Shown here piece by piece: positions 8,830 through 17,905 of a DNA stretch of 64,000 nt. Location of the stretch: positions 279-64,278 of the forward strand of contig JBBTBY010000043.1 of the NCBI GenBank assembly GCA_038043445.1, given 5' to 3'. The notes beneath the pieces are model-generated. The model did no database searches and was not told the DNA's origin. It worked only from the letters and a program-made list of their open reading frames with translations. Numbering within the stretch: position 1 is the first letter of the stretch; every line of letters begins with the position of its first letter. The translations under genes and the position numbers were made by a program. Source of the DNA: Spirochaetota bacterium (GTDB taxonomy: Bacteria; Spirochaetota; Brachyspiria; Brachyspirales; JACRPF01).

Positions 8830-9479
8830 TGCAGCGGCAGTATCACGGTAACGATCATCCTTCCGTCTTTCTGCTCCACCAGAACGTGCCCGCCGTGATC
8901 GAGCACGGCTTTTTTCGCGCACATGAGCGCGAGTCCCGCGCCGCGGCGCTTGCCGTAGACGAAGAGCGGCGTGAACATCTTCGACAGATTATCGTCCGTC
9001 GCATTGCCCGCGGCGCTGATGACGAACGAGAAGGCATCGTCGGTCGCGCGGCATTCCACGGACACATCACCCGCGCCTGCAAGGACACGGATGATGGCGG
9101 AAAGCGAACGTTCGATGAGCGATGCATCGACATCGATATCGACCGCCGGCACGTCCGCGATGGACGTGTTCACCGGGGCGCTGTGTTTGACCAGATCGAT
9201 GATGTGCGGGACGCTGATGGGCCGCTTGACCAGCGGTGACGATTCCCGGAAACAGGCGCTGTCCGCCGCCATCTGATTGATCGTCTCTATCTGCTGCGAG
9301 AGCACGAGGGATATCTCTTTCAGTTTTTCTTTCGACACATCACCTTCTTTCAGGGCGAGCATATCGATATACCCTTTGATGATGGAGAGCGGCGAGCGAA
9401 GATCATGGAAGATGATCGCTGCTATTTCACCGGCGGCGGTCAGGCGGGTATGCTCACGTTTCAATTCGTCGTCGGTCAT
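8826..9479 (-). CDS. small cytoplasmic histidine-kinase-like protein with degenerate ATP-binding boxes
   Basis: 217 aa counted from MTDDELK; the track ORF is over-extended into galT. The H-box IFHDLRSPLSIIKGY and a G2-like RGAGLALMCAKK are present. The N-box Asn and the G1 DxGxG are not recognisable (SAIIRVLAGAG; ISAAGNA). A GGGAGGGG RBS precedes the ATG. Confidence 0.65.
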   Translation of the reverse strand: MTDDELKREHTRLTAAGEIAAIIFHDLRSPLSIIKGYIDMLALKEGDVSKEKLKEISLVLSQQIETINQMAADSACFRESSPLVKRPISVPHIIDLVKHSAPVNTSIADVPAVDIDVDASLIERSLSAIIRVLAGAGDVSVECRATDDAFSFVISAAGNATDDNLSKMFTPLFVYGKRRGAGLALMCAKKAVLDHGGHVLVEQKDGRMIVTVILPLH

Positions 9480-9495
9480 GGTCCCCTCCCGGGGG

Positions 9496-10467
9496 TCAGC
9501 TTCCGGAAAAACGCCGGTAGGCGGCACGGAGTTCCTCGGCCTTTTCCTCAGGCGCCGTGGGATTGCACGCCGCCCATGCCCCTGTTTCGGACGAGGCGTT
9601 GAATTTCTGTTTTGTATCCGAGCGCATCGGCGGGAAGAATTCGATGTGAAAATGCCAATGGGCCGAATAATTGCCGCCGTCCACCGGTGCATTATAAAGG
9701 CACATCATGTAGGGGAAGGGCTTCCCGAAAAGAGCGTCGAGCGTCCCCGATGCGTTCCTGAGCGTTTCGGCGAACGCTGTCGCTTCCTCCGCGGTGAAGT
9801 CGGTGATGTTCTCTACGTGCCGTTTCGCCTGTATCGCGATGCCGTAGGGATAATCGGTGTAGAACGGGAGATAGGTGACGAAGTGCTCGTTCGCGAAGAT
9901 CACGCGCCGTCCGTCGGCGACCTCTTCTTTCAGAAGATCGCAGAAAATGCATCGCTTGCTCGTATCGTGATATGCCTTCGCATTGTCGAGTTTCCGCTGT
10001 ATGCGGAGCGGCACCCAGGAATAGCCGTATATCTGACCGTGCGGATGCGGCATGGTCACGCCGACCACCTCGCCGCGGTTCTCGAAAAGGAAGACATACT
10101 TTATCTGATCCTCTTTGGAAAGCGCTAGGAAACGCTCCTGCCAAAGCGCCACGAGTTTTTCGATATGCGATACCGAAAGCTCCGGAAGCGTGATGGTGTG
10201 TTCCGGTGAATAGAGTATCACTTCACATTTGCCGGCGGCAGGCGCGGTGCGCAAGAGTTCACCGCGTGCGACATCGTCGGGTTTCGGCGGCGTGAGCATG
10301 AGCGCGGGAAAATCGTTGTCGTATTCGAGCACATCGTACATCGGCACGTTCTTCCCGTCGCCCGGGCAGAAAGGGCACCAGTTCTTCGGCATCTGCGGGC
10401 GGTTCTGCCGGTGGCTCGCGATCATGACCCAGTCGCCGATGAGGGGATTGTAACGAAGTTCTGCCAT
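9496..10467 (-). CDS. galT: galactose-1-phosphate uridylyltransferase (HIT superfamily)
   Basis: MAELRYNPLIGDWVMIASHRQNRPQ...WCPFCPG...HPHGQIY (HxHxQ active site). ATG 10467 is preceded by AAGGAG. The track start at 10527 overlaps uppS. Confidence 0.85.
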   Translation of the reverse strand: MAELRYNPLIGDWVMIASHRQNRPQMPKNWCPFCPGDGKNVPMYDVLEYDNDFPALMLTPPKPDDVARGELLRTAPAAGKCEVILYSPEHTITLPELSVSHIEKLVALWQERFLALSKEDQIKYVFLFENRGEVVGVTMPHPHGQIYGYSWVPLRIQRKLDNAKAYHDTSKRCIFCDLLKEEVADGRRVIFANEHFVTYLPFYTDYPYGIAIQAKRHVENITDFTAEEATAFAETLRNASGTLDALFGKPFPYMMCLYNAPVDGGNYSAHWHFHIEFFPPMRSDTKQKFNASSETGAWAACNPTAPEEKAEELRAAYRRFSGS

Positions 10468-10477
10468 ACGATGCTCC

Positions 10478-11212
10478 TTACTCGGTGCGTGCGCCGAAGC
10501 GCCGCTCGCGTTTTTGATAATCGGCAACAGCCGAAATGAATTCCCTGCCGGTGAAGTCGGGCCAGAGCGTTTCGGTTACCCACAGTTCCGCATACGCTAT
10601 CTGATACAGAAGGAAATTGCTCAAGCGCCACTCGCCCGATGTGCGGATGAGGAGATCAGGGTCCGGGTCACGGTGCGTATCCAGATGCAGAGATATCGTC
10701 TCCTCGGTGATGGCGTTCGGCGCAAGCGTTCCGGCAGCTGCTTTCTCTGCGATGGAGCGGACCGCACGCACGATCTCATCGCGCGAACCGTAATTGAGCG
10801 CCACATTCACGGTGAGTTTTGTATTATCCTTCGAGCGTTCCTCGGCGTCACGCACGGTCTTCTGCGTTCGTTCGGGGAGCCCCTTCATATCGCCGATCTG
10901 ACGTATGCGTACGCCTTTATCGATCGCTTCGCGTATCTTCGTCCTGAAGAATTCATCGAGGAGCATCATGAGGAATTCGACTTCCTGCTTCGGACGCTTC
11001 CAATTCTCAGTGGAGAACGCGTAGAGCGTTATCGTGCCGATGCCGGCATGCCCCGCCGCATCGACTATCTCGAGAACGCGTTCGCTCCCGGCGCGATGAC
11101 CCTCGGTATGCCGTTTGCCGTGAAGCTTCGCCCAACGGCCGTTGCCGTCCATGATGAGGGCGACATGCCTGGGTATCCGGGTCTCGTCCAGTTCTATCCC
11201 ATCAATTATCAT
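10478..11212 (-). CDS. uppS: isoprenyl transferase / undecaprenyl-diphosphate synthase
   Basis: PRHVALIMDGNGRWA, YAFSTENWKRP and RTSGEWRLSNFLLYQIAYAELW are present. I chose the internal ATG 11212 because the longer ORF overlaps frr. Confidence 0.9.
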   Translation of the reverse strand: MIIDGIELDETRIPRHVALIMDGNGRWAKLHGKRHTEGHRAGSERVLEIVDAAGHAGIGTITLYAFSTENWKRPKQEVEFLMMLLDEFFRTKIREAIDKGVRIRQIGDMKGLPERTQKTVRDAEERSKDNTKLTVNVALNYGSRDEIVRAVRSIAEKAAAGTLAPNAITEETISLHLDTHRDPDPDLLIRTSGEWRLSNFLLYQIAYAELWVTETLWPDFTGREFISAVADYQKRERRFGARTE

Positions 11213-11237
11213 GTGTTCTGTTATGCGAATGCCCGCG

Positions 11238-11783
11238 CTATACCGCGGAAAGTTCTTTCTCTTTGCCGAGCGAAAGCTCATCGATCTTTCTGATGTAATC
11301 GTCGGTCGTCTTCTGTATCGCATCGAGCTGCTTTTTCGATTCGTCCTCGGAGATATCCTTCGCCTTCAGCTTATTCTTTATCACTTCGTTCTCGTCGCGA
11401 CGTATATTACGTACGGCGACCTTCGATTCCTCAGCGCGTGTACGGACGGTCTTCTTGAGCTCTTCGCGCCGCTCCTGTGTGAGCGAGGGCACCTGTATGC
11501 GGATGACATTGCCGTCGGATGTGGGTGAAAACCCAAGGTCGCCTTTGATGATGCCTTTTTCGACGGCCTGCATGAGGCCTTTATCCCACGGCTGCACGAG
11601 TATCGATTTCGCGTCCGGCGTGGTGACGGTGGCCACCTGATTGAGCGGCATAAGCTGGCCGTACGCGTCGACCTTCACCCCGTCGAGAATGGCCGCGGTG
11701 GCGCGCCCGGTACGCACGGTCTTTAATTCGTTGTGGAAATTGCCGAGCGCCTTTTCCATACGGTCTTTCATGGCAGCGGACAT
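11238..11783 (-). CDS. frr: ribosome recycling factor
   Basis: 181 aa. The sequence MEKALGNFHNELKTVRTGRATAAILDGVKVDAYGQLMPLNQVATV...VRNIRRD is classic RRF. A GAGGAG RBS is present. Confidence 0.95.
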   Translation of the reverse strand: MSAAMKDRMEKALGNFHNELKTVRTGRATAAILDGVKVDAYGQLMPLNQVATVTTPDAKSILVQPWDKGLMQAVEKGIIKGDLGFSPTSDGNVIRIQVPSLTQERREELKKTVRTRAEESKVAVRNIRRDENEVIKNKLKAKDISEDESKKQLDAIQKTTDDYIRKIDELSLGKEKELSAV

Positions 11784-11840
11784 ATCGAACTCCTCTCAAC
11801 CGAACTCACGCGGACGCCTGCGCGTACACGCGTACCACGG

Positions 11841-11869
11841 CAGTATACCGTACGCATGCTTTTTCTTCA
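11841..11869 (-). promoter_or_regulatory. sigma70-type promoter upstream of frr
   Basis: The minus strand reads TTGAAG aaaaagcatgcgtacgg TATACT, with a 17-nt spacer. A leader of about 55 nt with a GAGGAG RBS follows. Confidence 0.45.
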
Positions 11870-11912
11870 AGAAGCGCAGGACCCCGCGCCGAAAAACATT
11901 TCGCCGTCGATA

Positions 11913-12008
11913 TTACGCGGTCTTTTTGCCTTTGCGCTGCTTGCGTGATTTGCCGAAACTTTTACGCCATATCTTCCCGCGTCGCGTGCGGCGGTCGCCT
12001 TTGCCCAT
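11913..12008 (-). CDS. 30S ribosomal protein bTHX
   Basis: Too short for the ORF track. The minus strand reads ATG GGC AAA GGC GAC CGC..., giving [31 protein letters not shown]. This matches the Thermus Thx N-terminus [20 protein letters not shown] as I remember it. A GAGGAG RBS lies 6 nt upstream, and a candidate promoter TTGAAT-17-TAGAGT sits at 12046-12074. Confidence 0.75.
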   Translation of the reverse strand: [31 protein letters not shown]

Positions 12009-12142
12009 GATGAACTCCTCGATCGATTCAATGAATAGCGGATACACTCTATCATGTTTTCAACTGCAATTCAATGGCATGTTCCGGCAGTACGGTACGA
12101 TTATGCTGATAGGGCCCGTAATCCCTGAAACACGGCCGGGGG

Positions 12143-14830
12143 TCAGCGCGTACCGATCTCGTACCACAACGTTCTGTGTTTCGGCCCGATGCTGATCACT
12201 GCATTGCCCTTCGCATCCGCAGCGATATCAACTTTGGTTTTCCTTTGTCCGCGTTCATCGAGAGCCCAAGCTTCCGTCCGGCTTGCCGCGCTCGGCATGC
12301 TGACGCGGGCGGGTATCCCTTCGACCATGGTCGGTCCTTCGCCCCAGCTGTTCTCCTTGCCGACTATCCTGTCTACGACAACGGTCCATCCCTTTTTCGA
12401 ATTCTCCACATATCCTGTTGCGGTGATGAGCCATCTCGAGCCTTTGGAAGAGTCGCCCTCCATTCTCGTTACCGTGATGGCGCTCCATCCGTCCTGCCGC
12501 GTCGGCCCCGGTTCGATCGTTACATCGCCCAATTCGTAGCGGTTCCCGCCGCTGTATCCGATAACAGCTTTGCTTCCGGCGGTGTTCACCGTAACGACGC
12601 CCCGTTGCTTTTTCCTGAGATCCCAATCGAGTTCGCCGGTATCTGAAATGATCCTATCGTCGCCGACCGTGACCTGCTCCGGGCGAAGTGTTCCTGCGGG
12701 GGGTGATCGATCTTCAACGGCGATGAGGGTTCGATGTTTGAGCGGTGTCGCATGGGGGATACCGGCATGTCCGCCCTGCACGGCATCCCATCGTCCGCCG
12801 ATGGTGCGAAGGATATCGATCTCGCGATCTTTGGTGATACTGGTGCATACCGTTTCTTTCGCCGCGCGCACATCGCCGCGAAGGTACATCGCCCCGGCGG
12901 GAATAAGCGTTATCATCCTTGTGGGATGCTGATCGATGTCGATGAAATTACAGATGCTTCCCAGATCCCAGCGCGCTTCATGCGCGAATCGCGATGTGGA
13001 AAGATAATCCCAATCCTGCAGCCCCGCATACGCCCCGCGGATAAGATCGCCCTCGCTCACGAACGTATTGGGCGCGCAATGCGCGTATTCGGTGATGCAG
13101 AACGGTTTCCCGACGACGCTGCGAAGTGCAAGGTTCGGGATAAGACCGCCGAGATCGTTCACCATCGATGCATACCCTACGGTAAAGTTATTGGAATTCC
13201 ATGGGGCCGGATGCTGCCAATAGCCGTGTGAGTCGATGGCATCGAATTGTGCCATGAGATTGGGCGTGCTGCAGCCGACGATGGTGCCGATGACCATGGC
13301 TTTCGTCCCGAGATCGTTCTTGATATAGCCCTTCATCGTCTTCCAGTATCGATCCTCGGTGTCCCAGAGAAAGGTAAGCCAGTCGCGCTGCGCCGATGCG
13401 GTAAGTTCGCCCGGCCCTTTCACCAGGGGTATGCGCCTCCCCTCAAGCCGTTCATCGGTAGTGTTCACCGTCGCCCCGCCGGGTTTAAGCGATACCCCGG
13501 CTATCCAGAACGATCCCTTTTTCATCTGAGGATCGAAGACCAATCGCGCCGTATCGTCTGCCTGGCCCATGCGCGATACGAAATGGAAACGCTGCCACAC
13601 CGGTGTCAATTTCATCGTGTTCATCATACCGAGCACTTTCCAGGGGACACGATTCATGGAAATGCAGACATCCATCGTGGATGCGCTGTCCGCCTTCGCC
13701 CAGAAATCGAGCGTGTACATACGCCCCTCGGCAATGGCAATATCCCTCTGTTCGAACCGTATATGCCAGCTCTGTGTTCCCGGCTTCGTTACTTCAATGA
13801 GCATGGTTTTCCCGCTCACATTGGGCGGCATATCATCGGTGGGGGAAACGGACGCCCCCGCCCCCGCGTTCTGCTCGAGCAGCCACTGATCGATACCGGC
13901 GGCGAAATTCAAATTCCGGATCATCTCATCACCGATCGCCTCAGAGTCGTTCATATTCCACGATGATCGCAGGCGATCGTCGGAACCGTATTTCTGCATA
14001 AGCCAGTCGTTCCACAGCCCGCGCAGTTGCGTCAGATACAGTTCAGGAAAGGTCCCGACGATGCCGCCGCTGTTCCCTATGCCGCCGTAGAGTATATGGA
14101 ACAATCCATTCTCATTGTTCACCTCGACGAATGCGACCGCCGGCTCCTCGGTGTAGGGCTTGCCGGTGTACGCATTGGTATGCGTGAGAAGATTGTGCGC
14201 GAATTCCTTCTGCAGGTCGATGATCTGCTTGTCGAAAAACCCTATTGCATGCCGTCCCTGAAAGCTGTTCCCTTTCGCCTGTTCTATCTCTTTCGGCAGA
14301 CCGTCGGCCGCGCTGATGGGGCGATAGTTGAGCAGGCAGAGATATGTGTAAATGCCGTTCTTTTTGAGCTGCGCGATATAGTAATCCATGCGATCAAGCG
14401 CCTCGGGGTCGAATACCCGCGTATGCTTCGAGTCGCGAAGGTACAACCCCCGGGGGAACGGATATTGGTCCATGTGATGAAAGCGAACGATATTGATACC
14501 GAATTTCGCCATGCGCGCCGCGATCTTCTCTGCATCTTCCTTGGTCGGGAAATTCGCCGCATGGGTGATGTCCACGCCGCGAAGACGAATTCGTTCCTTC
14601 CCGGCATAGATATGTCCGTCCTCGCCTGCGCGGAGCGTCCCGAATTTGCCCGCGGGCTTATGCAGCCAGCCGGAGATATTAGCGATGCCGGGCGACGAGT
14701 CATCCCAGGGCAGCACGAAGGGAAATAGGGCCGCATCCGATTCTGCTGCTATTGCCGGCAGTACGGTAAAAAGAGCAGATACAATAATAAAAACGAAGCC
14801 CGTCAGCCGCATCGATGATGTTTTTCCCAT
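12143..14830 (-). CDS. secreted GH-A clan (GH5-like) glycoside hydrolase with inserted CBM4/9-like module
   Basis: Signal peptide MGKTSSMRLTGFVFIIVSALFTVLPAIAA follows a GGAGAGG RBS (ATG 14830). TIM-barrel motifs are GINIVRFHHMD, the acid/base VEVNNENG and the nucleophile region FCITEY. The family assignment is tentative. Confidence 0.7.
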   Translation of the reverse strand: MGKTSSMRLTGFVFIIVSALFTVLPAIAAESDAALFPFVLPWDDSSPGIANISGWLHKPAGKFGTLRAGEDGHIYAGKERIRLRGVDITHAANFPTKEDAEKIAARMAKFGINIVRFHHMDQYPFPRGLYLRDSKHTRVFDPEALDRMDYYIAQLKKNGIYTYLCLLNYRPISAADGLPKEIEQAKGNSFQGRHAIGFFDKQIIDLQKEFAHNLLTHTNAYTGKPYTEEPAVAFVEVNNENGLFHILYGGIGNSGGIVGTFPELYLTQLRGLWNDWLMQKYGSDDRLRSSWNMNDSEAIGDEMIRNLNFAAGIDQWLLEQNAGAGASVSPTDDMPPNVSGKTMLIEVTKPGTQSWHIRFEQRDIAIAEGRMYTLDFWAKADSASTMDVCISMNRVPWKVLGMMNTMKLTPVWQRFHFVSRMGQADDTARLVFDPQMKKGSFWIAGVSLKPGGATVNTTDERLEGRRIPLVKGPGELTASAQRDWLTFLWDTEDRYWKTMKGYIKNDLGTKAMVIGTIVGCSTPNLMAQFDAIDSHGYWQHPAPWNSNNFTVGYASMVNDLGGLIPNLALRSVVGKPFCITEYAHCAPNTFVSEGDLIRGAYAGLQDWDYLSTSRFAHEARWDLGSICNFIDIDQHPTRMITLIPAGAMYLRGDVRAAKETVCTSITKDREIDILRTIGGRWDAVQGGHAGIPHATPLKHRTLIAVEDRSPPAGTLRPEQVTVGDDRIISDTGELDWDLRKKQRGVVTVNTAGSKAVIGYSGGNRYELGDVTIEPGPTRQDGWSAITVTRMEGDSSKGSRWLITATGYVENSKKGWTVVVDRIVGKENSWGEGPTMVEGIPARVSMPSAASRTEAWALDERGQRKTKVDIAADAKGNAVISIGPKHRTLWYEIGTR

Positions 14831-14893
14831 TTTGTCCTCTCCGGATGTGCAATCATGCTCGCACGTACGTTCCTTGTTCTCAGCCATACCATC

Positions 14894-14922
14894 ATACTAT
14901 ACGCCGGGAGGCATTCTGTAAA
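14894..14922 (-). promoter_or_regulatory. sigma70-type promoter of the GH5-like gene
   Basis: The minus strand reads TTTACA gaatgcctcccggcgta TAGTAT, or TATAGT with a 15-nt spacer. Confidence 0.4.
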
Positions 14923-14925
14923 TAC

Positions 14926-14968
14926 ACGAATCGGTTCGACGATTATACAAAGCGGCGTTCCGATTCGT
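14926..14968. promoter_or_regulatory. 9-bp inverted repeat ACGAATCGG-N25-CCGATTCGT just upstream of the -35
   Basis: The arms are at 14926-14934 and 14960-14968 and are perfectly complementary. The element starts 3 nt from the -35 of the GH5-like gene promoter. Confidence 0.35.
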
Positions 14969-14990
14969 ACTGACAATTTCCATTCTGTCC

Positions 14991-15011
14991 GGGACGCTTC
15001 ACGAACGTCCC
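14991..15011 (-). terminator. stem-loop immediately after the URO-D-like gene stop (weak terminator candidate)
   Basis: GGGACG-9 nt-CGTCCC abuts the stop codon at 15012-15014. No U-tract follows, so confidence is low. Confidence 0.25.
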
Positions 15012-16007
15012 TTACGCCGTAAGAACTTTGCTTTCGTGCGTTGCGCGTTCAAACACATCGTACGCCCACTCATCCCATTCCTTCGCAACACCGATCCCTT
15101 TGAGATCGGGATAATTCTTGGCAATAAGCCCGCCGTCGAAAAGTTCTATCATCTTCTTCGCTTCATCTTCGATGCGTGCTCGGTCACCCGTCGGCATCAC
15201 CGCCTGAATATCCACCGGCGAATAAAGGCATACGTTCAGTTCGCGGAATTTCGCCGCGAGCTTCTCGAGGCCGTAGGCATGCGGCTGGTCGAATTGGAAC
15301 GCGTTCACACCGCATTCGGCAAGATCATCGAGAATGCCCCAGTTGTAGCCGCAGGAGTGCATGAGCACATGGAGGCCATGCCGGTGCGCTGTGCCGAAGA
15401 GACGCTTGTAGAGCGGCTTATAGATGTCGCGCCACATGTCGGGGGATATGAGCGTGCCCTTCTGTGTGCCCCAGTCCTCGCAGAAGAATATGCCGTCAGC
15501 ACCGGCATGTGCACTTTGCATGATGATGCCTTCGATGAGTTCGGCCATTCGTCCGTGGAGTTCATCGATATATCCGCGCTCAAGGACGAGGTCCTGGAAA
15601 TAATTCTCCATCTTCCGGAGATACCGTGCGCTCGCGAATATGAAGCCGCCGATGAACATGACGCGGTAGCGCTCGGTCTCCTTGGCGAAGAGCTCCTTCG
15701 CCTTTGCGTAACGCATCGGGTTCGCGAAGTCGGGGAGCTTGAACGACGCGAGCTGCGACCAATCCTCAATGGCGGGCTTGAAGATCTCGCCGCCCGCGCT
15801 CATGTTCTCGATGCGAAACCAGACATTGCCCCATTCGTCGTCGTAATACTCGAAACCGTTCTCGTTCCAGCGATGCTGCTTCCATGACGACGATGCGCCG
15901 ATGCCGGCTCCGCAGAAATCGTTCATTCTGCCGTTATCAAAGCTCATCCCTATGCGTTCAGGGCCTTTCCGTTCAAGGTTCCTGATGATATTCTCGCGTG
16001 GTGTCAT
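15012..16007 (-). CDS. uroporphyrinogen decarboxylase (URO-D) family protein, MtaA/MT2-like
   Basis: 331 aa counted from ATG 16007, which has a GGAGG 6 nt upstream. The URO-D-type TIM barrel shows FFCEDWGTQKGTLISPDMWRDIYKPLYKRL and an H-x-C-G motif (LMHSCGYN). Confidence 0.7.
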   Translation of the reverse strand: MTPRENIIRNLERKGPERIGMSFDNGRMNDFCGAGIGASSSWKQHRWNENGFEYYDDEWGNVWFRIENMSAGGEIFKPAIEDWSQLASFKLPDFANPMRYAKAKELFAKETERYRVMFIGGFIFASARYLRKMENYFQDLVLERGYIDELHGRMAELIEGIIMQSAHAGADGIFFCEDWGTQKGTLISPDMWRDIYKPLYKRLFGTAHRHGLHVLMHSCGYNWGILDDLAECGVNAFQFDQPHAYGLEKLAAKFRELNVCLYSPVDIQAVMPTGDRARIEDEAKKMIELFDGGLIAKNYPDLKGIGVAKEWDEWAYDVFERATHESKVLTA

Positions 16008-16149
16008 ACACTGCCTCCGCATTGATCGCTTGAGGATATACTCGCTACGGGGGCCCCAGCGGACAATGGAAAATAACGGATTATCTTTGTAAATTCATGA
16101 CATGCCGGTCAGTATACAAAAGCACGGCGCTAAGGCCCTCTCGCCGCAT

Positions 16150-16806
16150 CTACGGCATAAGCGGGAGAACGAAGAAGAAGATGCAGATGAAGTGGCAAAT
16201 GCTTCCGGCAAGGGCAAAGCTGTGCCACACCGCATGATGATAGCGGAACGTTCGCCGGATATAGAACACTGTTCCCGATGTGTAAAACGCGCCGCCGAGC
16301 AAAAGCCAGATCAAACCCGCGATCGGCAGTGTTGCGATGACCTTCCCGAATGCGAGGAATATCGTGCACCCCATCATGATGTATACTGTCGTCGAGAGGA
16401 GAATGAAGCGTTTTGCGAAGAATATCTTGAGCACGGCGCCGACCGCCGTCATCCCCCACATGATACCGAATATGACCCATCCCATCGTTCCGCCGATGAC
16501 GACAAAGCAGAAGGGCATATAGGTCCCGGCTATGAGGACATAGACACCGGAATGATCGAGCACCTCAAAGACATCCTTTGCCGGCTTCATTCTGATGCCG
16601 TGAAAGAGCGTGGACATGGTGAATAGAAAAACGAGGGTAACACCGTAGACAATGAAGCTTACGGGATACCATTGGGTGCTGTGCGCAGAGGAATGGATGA
16701 TAAGGACGATAAGCGCGGCGATAGCAAGGAGCGCACCTCCACCGTGTATAGCCGCATTGGCGAACTCTTCGCCCGGCGTGAAATCTTCGTCGTATGTCAT
16801 ATCCAT
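16150..16806 (-). CDS. hemolysin III / PAQR family membrane protein
   Basis: 7-TM protein with HGGGALL near the N-terminus and the C-terminal RYHHAVWHSFALAGSICHF motif. The start is ambiguous among GTG 16809, ATG 16806 and ATG 16800. Confidence 0.85.
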   Translation of the reverse strand: MDMTYDEDFTPGEEFANAAIHGGGALLAIAALIVLIIHSSAHSTQWYPVSFIVYGVTLVFLFTMSTLFHGIRMKPAKDVFEVLDHSGVYVLIAGTYMPFCFVVIGGTMGWVIFGIMWGMTAVGAVLKIFFAKRFILLSTTVYIMMGCTIFLAFGKVIATLPIAGLIWLLLGGAFYTSGTVFYIRRTFRYHHAVWHSFALAGSICHFICIFFFVLPLMP

Positions 16807-16856
16807 CACTCCGACTCTAATATAACAATTGTTGGAGGAAGAGTCTGCAGCGAACC

Positions 16857-17558
16857 CTATTTCGCATGCCGATGTTCTCGGCGTATCTTCCCCGTGGGGA
16901 GATATCCGTACCGGCGGAGGTCCGCCTCGCTTTTGAAAGCATGCAGGCTGCCGGTGATGATGATCATTCGCGAGGTCGTCACTTCCATGAGTGTGCGATA
17001 GTCATGATCGGTAATGATGAATCCTTTCTCCGTTCGCCATTGCGTCAATGTCCGTATGATGTCCTGCTGATAGATCGGGGATATTCCGGTGAACGGTTCG
17101 TCAAGCAGTATGAACTCCGCCGGTGAATGCAGGAGGAACAGGACTTCAAAATACTTCTTCTCTCCCCCGGAGAGGCTTCCGAAGCGATGTTGCCACAGGG
17201 AGGATATCCTGGCATCGGCCTTGAGCGATGCAGCGAGTTCGCGGGAAAGGAATGATGCCGCTTCAGACAGGCGCATATGCTCCGGAATGAAATTCTCCTG
17301 CGGGCAATATGCGATCTTCCCCGAAAGGAACGGGGTATTAAAATAAGATCCATTGATCAATACATGCTTGAAGGCTTCCGGCAGCATGCCGTAGATGGTC
17401 CTAAGCAAAGTGCTTTTCCCGGCACCATTCCTGCCGAGAACGCCGATCACGTCGCCGATCCGGCATTTCAGATATATCCCGCTCAGCAGTTTTCTGCCGA
17501 TATACGAATATGATAGATCGCTCACTTCAAGTGTTCCCATGGCGTTTTGCGTCATCAT
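16857..17558 (-). CDS. ABC transporter ATP-binding protein, divergent LptB-like
   Basis: Walker [11 protein letters not shown]-loop CPQE, signature [11 protein letters not shown], Walker B plus [14 protein letters not shown], and H-loop ITDHDYRTL. The last two resemble E. coli LptB ([23 protein letters not shown]). ATG 17558 overlaps the upstream stop (ATGA). Confidence 0.8.
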   Translation of the reverse strand: MMTQNAMGTLEVSDLSYSYIGRKLLSGIYLKCRIGDVIGVLGRNGAGKSTLLRTIYGMLPEAFKHVLINGSYFNTPFLSGKIAYCPQENFIPEHMRLSEAASFLSRELAASLKADARISSLWQHRFGSLSGGEKKYFEVLFLLHSPAEFILLDEPFTGISPIYQQDIIRTLTQWRTEKGFIITDHDYRTLMEVTTSRMIIITGSLHAFKSEADLRRYGYLPTGKIRREHRHAK

Positions 17559-17905
17559 AGAAGCGCCGCCACGACATACAGCGGGAATACACATGCGAAC
17601 GTAATGACGTACGAGGACAGATACAGAATACTGCGGCGTAATCCGAAATTGCTGTACAGTATGCGGGAATTCCGGAGGAAGTATTCATGGAGCAATGCCC
17701 CGGCGGCGAATCCGAATGTCATGGCTATGAAAAGCAGCATTTTAAAATACGACGCTATTTCGTGCAGCATACCCTGCCGTGAGGAGTTTCCGATCGGAAG
17801 AAACAGTGATATCAGCAGCGTGAGGAGGACGGTGACGGGTACATTATATTTTATGACCCGCGAGAAATGGAAAAGGATGATATTGATGTAGCGTGCCTTT
17901 GTCAT
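17555..17905 (-). CDS. small (116 aa) 3-TM membrane protein, unknown function
   Basis: The ORF is hydrophobic and linked by ATGA overlaps to both gluQ (upstream) and the ABC ATPase (downstream). I do not recognise a family. Confidence 0.5.
   Translation of the reverse strand: MTKARYINIILFHFSRVIKYNVPVTVLLTLLISLFLPIGNSSRQGMLHEIASYFKMLLFIAMTFGFAAGALLHEYFLRNSRILYSNFGLRRSILYLSSYVITFACVFPLYVVAALL

Noticed and set aside
10514-11293. 259-aa plus-strand ORF opposite uppS.
   Set aside because: uppS on the minus strand has unmistakable cis-prenyltransferase motifs (DGNGRWA, RTSGE). The plus-strand ORF is an antisense shadow.
17555-17905. A visibly lower-GC stretch suggesting a horizontally acquired cassette.
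   Set aside because: The AT-richness is explained by the Phe/Ile/Leu/Tyr-rich membrane protein it encodes. The gene is locked to gluQ and the ABC ATPase by ATGA overlaps, which argues against a recent insertion. I did not compute GC.
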